DNA of 60,217 bases, counting the filler, from Sphacelaria rigidula (Eukaryota): the NCBI GenBank assembly GCA_964200075.2. It is 8 parts of 8 records of this genome, joined end to end, with 100 filler letters (N's around TTAATTAATTAA, not from the genome) between each part and the next. Parts side by side here need not be neighbours in the genome. Positions count along the whole stretch, not along the records: positions 45,241 to 52,679 come from CAXNAA020014909.1; positions 52,780 to 60,217 come from CAXNAA020014910.1; 6 more parts are not named here. One strand, 5' to 3'. The notes beneath the pieces were generated by a model. The model did no database searches. It was not told the DNA's origin and saw nothing but the letters and a program-made list of their open reading frames with translations. The position numbers and the translations under genes are program-made. Positions 51,401-60,217 of this stretch are shown here, piece after piece; positions within the stretch are counted from its first letter, which is position 1, and every line of letters begins with the position of its first letter.

Positions 51401-51720
51401 GCCCCGCAGGGTGCTATTTGTCCACGCGTGTTGTTGTCTACAGGAGACTAACTTGTTCACCCAGCAGTTGTTGCTATCGGCACCCGACTGATTACCTAAT
51501 ATCTTTATCCAGTTGTCGTCTGTAGGTTACTAGTTGCACAAACGACTCTCATATAGTAATGTATAGGGGACCTGTTGCCTTGCTGAACGTTTTCACCCAG
51601 GAGTTATCACAGACGACTAGTTGCACAGAATTCTTGCCCATTAGGCTTTTTGCGGGCAGCTAGTTGCGCAGCATCTTCACTCGGTCGTCAATTGCGCGCA
51701 CCTAGTTACCAGATTTATTC
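48410..51720. repeat. ~39-bp minisatellite with a palindromic core, interrupted by insertions
   Basis: Units like TTCAGTAGTCGTCTACAGGCGACTAGTCGCACAGG at 48410-48885, 50075-50249 and 51431-51720. Confidence 0.82.
50250..51430. mobile_element. Non-autonomous DNA transposon with CAC termini (EnSpm/CACTA-like)
   Basis: 24-bp TIR CACACGTGGACAAATAGCACCCTG / CAGGGTGCTATTTGTCCACGCGTG, subterminal ACCCTG repeats, TT on both flanks. Confidence 0.82.
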
Positions 51721-53439
51721 GTAATCATATAGGTTGTGGAACATTCCTTCGGGGAAATACGATTCCACCAGTCGACTTCACAGATACGCCAAAATGGCAG
51801 AGCTCTTTTCTAAGCAGAACAGCTCATGAAACGTTAAAAAATGACGACCGCCCTTTTACGGGCCTGGGAAAGTCCAGGGTTTATGAAACCCTCATAAATC
51901 TCAAGTAAAATGCGGTACGGCCTCTCAGGGCTTATGTTGACCCGACCCAGAAAATCGTTTGATTTGTTTTTCGGCGATTTACACCCTGTGGTGAGAAAGC
52001 GTTATTCCTACTTGCCCTGTGATCGACGGATGATGGACATCGATTGATCTCAGGGCGTAAATCATCACATGATTACTTCAACATGATTCTTCGGGTCGCG
52101 ATAAGGCGCTGGCGTTTAGCCTCGCGATATTTTGTTGATGATTTACGCCACCTAGTACATAATTAATATTGTTAGTGGTAATGCCTGCCTTCATCAAGAT
52201 CCCGACCGCGCACATATTTGAAAGTATAGGACTTCAAGGTCACTATTCGTCGCCTACTGTTTCACACGGCAGAGCTTGGTGGGAGCAGAAGTAGCTTCAC
52301 TCTTTGCGTCGGCGCATGGCTGCAGAATGTCACAGCGCGTTACTTTTCCCGCCTGGAGAACTTATGCATAGACAGCATAAACAATTCCGTTTGGTTTCCA
52401 CCGTATACTCAGCGCTATCGCCGCTACTTCGTTAAATGCGTTCCTCCTTATTGTCTCCAAAGATCTTGAACGTGAATAGAAGTTGAATGTTGCAATTATT
52501 GGTGTGCACCTTGCACTACTCGGCAAGTGTTCCTCCAGGCCAGTTATCTTGCTTTTGCCGCGGGCACAGCTGCACTAACCCCAAAACGTGCGCGCACAAC
52601 ATATACTGTACAAATAGAAATCTGTGGCGAAATCACGCCGTCACGATTGAGTATATAGTGGATCCTGGATGATGACCAGNNNNNNNNNNNNNNNNNNNNN
52701 NNNNNNNNNNNNNNNNNNNNNNNTTAATTAATTAANNNNNNNNNNNNNNNNNNNNNNNNNNNNNNNNNNNNNNNNNNNNCCCCCACAACACCAAGTTGTG
52801 GCATTGTGATTTGAGCACGGTCTGCTTATTTTGCCGAAACTATCGACGCTAGCACTTTCGAGTGCTCATGGAAAATGTCATGCGAAAAAAACCGAAAAGA
52901 GGCCATCCGCAGAAAATGCTTGACTGAGGTCTGTGCAGTATGGGAGGGAAACACGGTCTCGATCGTTTTTGTGAAGAATTATGTACATATTTTTTCATCA
53001 GAATATTTACCGTTTCGTTGCGGAAGAGCCGGAAAACTGTTTTCATTGGACCAAAAACGGTCAGTAACACCCTCCTGATAAACGGGGTATCTAGTCCATA
53101 TCGCCCCAAAAACACCAACTTGGGCAGTGCAGTTTGAGCGCGGCCTACGCTTTCCCCTTAATCTACCGGCGCTAGCACTTTCAAGAAGTAATGAAGAATA
53201 ATACTCGAATAAAACTCAAGAACCACAACAGCCATGAATTCTGAAAAATCATGATGCTGACTACTATAACGTTTGTGAAATCACCACGAAATCACCCGCG
53301 AACATCAATCTTGATACCTTACCTCCCCACCGAGCCTGGTCCGGCGAAAACCCGGCGTGCTCCGTCCCGGCTTTGTAGGGATCCGAGGTCATGGTCTCAT
53401 GACTATGGCATGCATGATCATGAGTACCCCTCCCCCCCT

Positions 53440-56240
53440 CCGACCTTGACTCCTTGTTTTGCTACTTTTAATGCTATTATCAGGTCATTGACAAATACTT
53501 TGAATAAAGTGGGTGATGACGTACATCCTTGTGCAACTCTTTGTAAGATATATAATTATTTCGATATTTCCTCGTCTAGCATCATGGCACCTTCGACACA
53601 TTCTGTTGTACTGTTCACCGTTCTCCACATCTCTCCTCTGATCCCAGCTTCCCACAACTTCTCTCACAACCCATTTCTCCATAAACGTAATATTTTAGGC
53701 CTTTTGTACATCCATTAAGGAACAGTACGCTGTTAGCCCGGCGACTTTCCTACCCTAAATAATCCATCTAATGTGTACACATGATCGACGCAACTATGGT
53801 TTAATCTAAAACCTTCTTGCCCCTCGTTGAATTTTTTCTTATTTTTCTGGCATCTTTCCTACTCTATCGTTCAGAATTCCACAAAACGATTCCCTACCGT
53901 GCTCAGTAGCGTTATCCCTCTATAATTCCCTGGGTCAGCCTTATCTCCCTTTTTGAAAAGGTTGACTACTACTCCTTCTTTCCACCTCTTGGGTGCGTAC
54001 TCGTTTTCCCAGATCCAGTTGTACAGCATCATCATGGTGATCATCCTCCCTCCCCCGTACCTTGGAAACTCGTTCACTATTTCATCTGCCTCTGCTACCT
54101 TTCTGTTCTTGAGTTTTGCTACACTCACCTTCACTTCACCTCTGGTAAACTCTCTCTGCAATTCTTTGGAGCCACCATCCTTCCGCTTTGATGCCTCTGC
54201 ATTTGCCTCTGCCCACGCGTTGATTTCTTTTTCGAATTCTGTGTCGAACTTCGTGTTAGTTTTAGATGTTTTCTAGTTTACGGTCGTGCTCTACTAGCAC
54301 ATCTTTCTTCCCCTTCCGAGTACTCACCATTTCACCGTTCTGTGTCTGTAGTGTGGCTATCCCCTTGTCTATCTCTCCCGCCTGGTTTCTCATGATCCCT
54401 TTCATCCCTACCCACATTTGTTTCATCCCGCAATCGAAACCTTCATCTGTTTTTTCGACTACACCTTCCCATACTCCCTTCTTATTATTCTTCAACATCT
54501 TCACACGTAGGACAGCTCATGAGCTAGCTCATCTGCGGGCGGTAGCTCATTTGTAGTCAAACATGTACATGTGAGCTACGTCCGATAGCTAAACACAAGG
54601 TGAACGTGCGCTGATGAGCTACGAGTTGGTAGCTCACCTATCGCAAACACGCGTAGCTCATACAGCTCCCATAGCTCACCCAGGGGGAATCTGAGCTGAT
54701 GAGCTACGAGTTGGTAGCTCACCTATGGCAAACGTGCGTAGCTCATGTAGCTCTCATAGCTCACCCAGGGGGAATCTGAGCTGATGAGCTACGGGTTGGT
54801 AGCTCACCTATTGCAAACGTGCGTAGCTCATACAGATCCCATAGCCCACCCAGAGAAAACATGCGCGGATGAGCTACGTCCGGTAGCTCACCCAAGGCGA
54901 ACATGCGTAGCTCACCTAGCTCTTGTAGCTCACTCCGGAAAAACATGTGTAGCTCACGCACTTGTTACAGTCACTCAGGGAAAACACATGCGGATGAGCT
55001 ACGCTCGATAGCTCACCCAAGGCAAATATGTCCTTATGTGAGTAGGTGTAATCCTGTCCACCACATCGACCGCTTGTTTCGAAGGATCTAGATCCACGGC
55101 ATTATTTCAGACTGAAGCGCGGCTAGAGCTGCTGCCCCCCGCGGTCACCATGCAGGGCGAATTGTGTGCGTGTGTGCGGTTGTGTGTATATGTGGCGGCT
55201 ATGACGCGGATGAGTTCTGATGCAGCCATGTTGATTGTTGATGTTTACAAAAAGCAAATTCATCGCTAAACGAAACGGAACAGGTGTGTGCACATCTAAC
55301 CGTTGTCACGTACTTACAACATCAACGTGCATGAGCATGGGAACAGAAACAACTCCAAGATCGGCGTGGCTCCCGTAGCTCTTTAGCTCAACCAGCGCAA
55401 TCATGCGTAGCTCCCGTTGCTTTCATCGCTCATCCAGAGCAAATATGTGTAGCTCATGCATCTCTCATAGCTCATCCAGGGCAAACATGTGTAGCTCATG
55501 CATCCCTCATAGCTCATCCGGGGCAAACATGCGCAGCTCACGCAGTTCTCACAGCTCATCCAGGGCAAACATGCGTAGCTCATGCATCCCTCATAGCTCA
55601 CCCAGGGCGAATATGAGCTGGTGAGCTACGGGTTGGTAGCTCATCCAGAGCAAACATGCGTAGCTCATGCAGCTCTCATAGCTCACCCAGAGCGAATATG
55701 AGCTGATGAGCTACGGGTTTGTAGCTCATCCAGGGGAAACGTGCGTAGCTCATACAGCTCCCACAGCTCACCCAGGACGAATATGAGCTGATGAGCCATG
55801 GGTTGGTAGCTCATGCAGGGGAAACATGCGTAGCTCATACAGCTCTCATAGCTCACCTCAGAAAAAACATGCGTAGCTCATGTAGCTCTCATAGCTCACT
55901 AGGGAGCTACGCTATAAAAGAGCTAGCTCGAGCTATAAGGAGCTGACCTGTCCGACGTGTGAACATCTTTCTTGCTTCCTTTCGAGCTTTGGTGTACTCC
56001 TCCAATCCTACCGTAGTTTTACTCGGTATGTATTTTGCGTGAGCCTCTCTCCTCGCTCTTACAGCCTCTTTTACTTCTCCATCCCACCATTTTACCGCTC
56101 CTCACGACTTCACTCGCTGTGTTCTCGACCAACTGCTCCCATCCTTCTATCGTCTTCGCTCTTGCCTGATCCCTTTCCGTTTCCGTATCAACTGTACCTA
56201 CGCTTTACAACAGCTCGGGAAAATTCGCTGCATTTTTGGT
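53440..56240 (-). mobile_element. Degenerate LINE ORF2 (reverse transcriptase), interrupted at 54502-55961
   Basis: WWDGEVKEA, NLFKKGDKADPGNYRGITLLSTVG, QEGFR, DVQKA*, VAQGCTSSPTLF; truncated before the YADD-type motif. Confidence 0.92.
54502..55961. mobile_element. Non-autonomous TIR transposon with TAGCTCA-rich subterminal arrays and an 8-bp TSD
   Basis: TIR CACACGTAGGACAG / CTGTCCGACGTGTG; TSD AACATCTT at 54494-54501 and 55962-55969. Confidence 0.9.
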
Positions 56241-58679
56241 AATCTCTTCTTGGAACCCTTGTCTCTGCATTTTCTAGTCCACGTCCATTGCGCCCGTGGC
56301 TTTTGTGCTCTATTGATTCGTAGGTGGGGTTGAGAGGAAGAGCAGAGGAGTTCGGGGGGGCGTGGCGACGCGAAGGCCTGAGCCAATCTCACGCACGTCA
56401 CAAGCAACAGGGTGCTGCACAAGCAACAGGGTGCTGCGCTGAGAGCCGCTAAGAAGAGAGCCCGCAGTGACGTTACAACTGCAACAACAGCCCACGAGGA
56501 TATGATTGATTTATCGTCATACACTAACTGATCCTCGGAAACTCAGCTGGGTCCAGTAGATTGACGCAGACACGGCAAACGATGCCTAGATGGGAATGGT
56601 TGAGAGGGTGGTCTACTTTGTCGCCGGCCAGGGATAAGCTGAGGAGGCAGAGGGGGTAGCAAGTACGCGTGCCTTGTCTCCCATCACTCGTTGATTTTTT
56701 TCCTTGGCTTGAAAACTAAAAAACGTCCCGTAGCTATGCTTCTTTCTGTAGTAATTTTTGTGCTTTGAAATTGTCTATTTTTTTTGTCCATTTTTTTTCT
56801 CATTTCGTTGTTGTGCATAATATCTCCTTTTTTAATGCCGTACGCAGTGTCACTTGTGTCCGTGTCTCACTCCTGCAGAGCTCGTGAGCGAGAGCTCGTG
56901 CCGAAAAACAGGGTTGCCCTTCCATAGCTGAGTCGCAACCCCGCCCCAACGGTCTTGTCTTGCTTTGCTCTTGTACGGCCTGCCATGTTTTTGCTCGTTT
57001 TACCTTCTCGGGGGACAGGTGGTAGATCTAGTCTGCCTGTTTTCTTGCTACTCTCCTTCCCTGTACCTTCCTTTCCTTCCAATTATTATTTCCGTTTTCA
57101 GTTTACTCTGCTCTGACTTCCTTCTTCGCCTTTCCCCTCTCTCTCAAGATTCCTTCAGCGAGTGGTTCCGTTTTATTTATTTCGAGTACGTCCAAGCCGG
57201 TCGCCCCGGTGACTTAGTTGGCAACCTGGCAAACTGACGGTTGGGATGTGGGTTCGAATCTCAGTGATGTCACACGATATGGGATTTTTGTCTCCCACAT
57301 CATGCCCAACAGTGGAAAGCGACTATGTCGTAGGCGCACAAAATTCAGAAATCGACTTCAGGGTCGACGAGGGATAAGGACCACCGAATCCTTCTGGGAA
57401 TAGAAAGGAAGGCAGGCACCGCGGAAGGCAGGCGGAGTAAGTACTATAAACAAGGTTTAGAACTAAAAATACTCCTGTGTTGACCATCCGCTTCCCCCTG
57501 TGCAACCTCGGCTGATGCGCCCGCATATACCAGAAGGGTGTAGACATGCGTTCAGAATAGATGTGATGGCAACACACAGACCATGTGATGACAACACACA
57601 GACCATGTGATGACACACAGACCCATGCGTTATCTTCCGATGACCACGACTGAATTTGTAGCTCACCAGTCAATGTTAATGTGGAAGAATCAACCGATAA
57701 ATCGATCACAGATGAGGCAGGATACGGGAAGCACGAACATAGACGGAGTGTCAATATTGAGGGTGATTCTAGGAAACCGAGGGGAACTGCTCAGCTATAC
57801 CGTCGCGTTTACCGGAGCAGGGGGTCAGCTGGTAGTCGTGTTGTTGTTCCGAAAGGAGGTCTGGTGCCCAACGGTTCAAACCTCGGTTTGAGTGCAACAG
57901 CAACAACGGGACCACAGCAGCCGAACCCTTAACCCTTTCAACCCCTGTTGATTTTCCGCAATTTCGGCTGTACAGCATGAAGTCGACCCGTATTTCCACA
58001 GTAGTTTCCGCAGGTTACGTCTTGCTAGGTCACGCGGGGATATATATAAGGCGGTCCGTGACTGACTGGGTCTCAGGACCATGCTCCGACTACCCTACGG
58101 TCCTCGACAGACAGTACAGTTTGTACCGGTTCATCTACTAGCTTGGGCGACTGCAAATCGTAACTCCTACTCGTACATTGACGGAACTCAAAACGAGACC
58201 TACAGCACGCCGTAGTAATACGATGCTGTCTTATACTACAAGTATTGCAATACAGTAGTGACTATTAATGGTGGCTTGAGGTATCACTTGGCACAAGGGG
58301 CACGAGTCAAAACGCTCCACTACTGTTCTTTACTCCACTCAGGCATGTGTGGGGGCATTTAGAGGGAAATACGGAATACCATACGTACAACATCACAAAG
58401 TAGTTTTTGCGTAGACGAGGTTGTACATTCGCCTAATGTCTGGATACAGTATGTTCGACTGGACGATGTCGTATGATCGTGTTTTGTCGTTGTGCCGAGT
58501 TTCCCCGCCGCGCACGCATTCATTCTGACAAACAGACAACAAACAGTACAACAGTGCGCATGACGCAACGAGGCACATCCGCTATGATCGCTTATCCAGA
58601 ACAACAACGACAGCGACAACAACCCAAAACGCACAACACAAAACATTGCAACACATGGAAAATCTACACTACCACCCAC

Positions 58680-58919
58680 CTGCAACCCACTTGCAGCAGG
58701 GTCAACACCAGTGTCGAATATCGCAACCTTAACTCCGCGGCCATCGTACTCTCTGTGAGTCTCCGTGACGAACTCCCATGCCTGGGTCTCCTTCTTTGGC
58801 AGCAATCCTAACACGGGGAAATCCTTGTTGTCGATGCTGTCGTTGTTGTTGTCTTGCTTATTGGTAGGCGGTTCCGGGGGGACCACGGCTACTGCATCAT
58901 TGTCAGCGGAAGACGGCAT
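58680..58919 (-). CDS. TPP2: Tripeptidyl-peptidase II (subtilase S8), first coding exon
   Basis: [12 protein letters not shown]...[24 protein letters not shown]|gtgggt; contains the catalytic Asp motif DTG and matches the TPPII N-terminus. Confidence 0.93.
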
Positions 58920-59969
58920 GGGTCGGCGACGCTAGAGTTTACCAGAGCGGCCGTTGTCGTGTGTTGCTGGTAGCTGCAAGATGGGCTAACCAGCGGGTTG
59001 TCCTGAGTAACGCAGCAGGTGGTCTGCAGGACGGCACTTTACTAGTATCGTCATCTTCCAACATGATATTGGACAGACCTCCGGTCCATGGTCACATCGC
59101 GTTTGAGGAGGTATCTTCTGCAGCTGTCCTGCAGCTGTACGTACAGGGACTGCTTGCTGCCAATTTCATGTAACGTGGCTGTTCCTGGCAAAGAAAGAAG
59201 TATCACGGGAAAGTAACATGTTTCTCTTGCCAGGACAGCACGTAACAATACCCAACGGCACACGTAACACCGACAGGCAATACTGCTCGGTTGTAGCAGT
59301 AAGGCGACCAGGCAAGCGGAAGAAGCCGGATGATGTAAGTACAAAGTTTCAAGGGTGCTATTCTCTCTGGGTTTTTGATTGAGGGGATGCAATGGCTAAA
59401 ACATAATTTGGTAGCTCAAGAACAGTGGGAAATCGTGTGTCTTGGAGTTTTTTGTTGGGTGTTGCTGCACAGTCACGGTGTATAACACCCCCAAGATTTA
59501 TTGTCGAGGGCCAATTTCGTGTCGCATACCCTGGACGTGCACTGTTGTACTGCCTTCATCGTCTCTGAAGTATATTTTTATGTAAGAGTGGCCATTGCCG
59601 ACGGCACGTGTTCCGCTGTTTACAAGAAAGTGTGAAAGTGTGGTACGTGGCTGAGACGGTTACTGTAGGTGGTGGGGTATAGCATCCCCTTTCTTGTTCA
59701 GGACCCGTCTCGGCAGCTTCAAAGATTAAAAAAAGTGCTGAGCTCTGCATACCCGAGCGATGACGAGTAGGTCATAACAACTTATGGAGCGCAGCAACAA
59801 CCACAAACCCGAGGGGGGTCGTACCAGGTTCTTCGAAAGCCGTAGGCCGAAATCCGCTAAATTCGGCAAAAACAGGGGGGTCGTGGGGGGTTGTGGGGGG
59901 TTGCCAGGCATGCTACTGCGCTACTTTCAGCCGCATTATGGCTACGGTAAAGGTGTGTCTTAGCACATT

Positions 59970-60217
59970 ATTTTTCGATCGAAAATGAGCGGTGGAAAAG
60001 TGAAACTCTGATCTGATAAGTCGTGATTTCAACTTTCGTAGTTTATTTTGAAGATGATTGAAATCACGATCTATCAGATCGAATTTTTTTTTTTCCATCG
60101 CACTTTTTCGATCGAAAATGTGCGGTGGAAGACAAAAACTCCGATCTGATGAGTCGTGATTTCAACCATCTTGAAAAATTGAAGATGGTTGAAATCACGA
60201 CTCATCAGATAGGAATT
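59970..60217. repeat. Two tandem ~133-bp units, each with an internal hairpin; truncated by the window end
   Basis: TTTTTCGATCGAAAATG.GCGGTGGAA...TCGTGATTTCAAC...TTGAAATCACGA repeated. Confidence 0.75.

Noticed and set aside
7442..52779. Regular ~7.54-kb periodicity with a TTAATTAATTAA palindrome
   Set aside because: Artificial linkers between length-sorted contigs; not biological, and genes in different contigs do not form a cluster
54510..55945. CRISPR-like or coding repeats (MSY/SSC peptide ORFs)
   Set aside because: Subterminal repeats of a TIR element bounded by a TSD; the ORFs are by-products
58359..58679. C-terminal 106 aa of the 186-aa TPP2 ORF
   Set aside because: Read-through into the intron after the donor at 58679; the next TPP2 exon was not identified in the contig

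Overview
Repeat-rich eukaryotic DNA, most likely from a brown alga or related stramenopile (inferred from gene content, long GT-AG introns and the repeat families). It is not one locus. It is eight unrelated contigs of 7441, 7440, 7440, 7440, 7440, 7439, 7439 and 7438 bp, sorted by length and joined by artificial 100-bp linkers (N44-TTAATTAATTAA-N44), so adjacency across linkers means nothing. Reading splice sites by hand recovers five partial host genes that the ORF track fragments: a CFAP157/BBOF1-like ciliary coiled-coil gene (3 exons), a secreted LPMO-like protein with an N-terminal His (2 exons), the thioredoxin-like C-terminus of an LTO1/VKOR-type oxidoreductase (3 exons), tripeptidyl-peptidase II exon 1, and a weaker LRR-containing gene. 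The rest is decayed Copia, chromodomain-Gypsy and LINE sequence, tRNA-derived SINEs, many MITE/foldback elements, minisatellites and microsatellites. The two best leads are the LPMO-like gene and an unclassified mobile family with G-run/C-run termini (GGG-GTACTCAT...ATGAGTAC-GCCC) that carries a LINE zinc-finger fragment and has filled/empty site pairs inside the window. No CRISPR, rRNA or prokaryotic system is supported.
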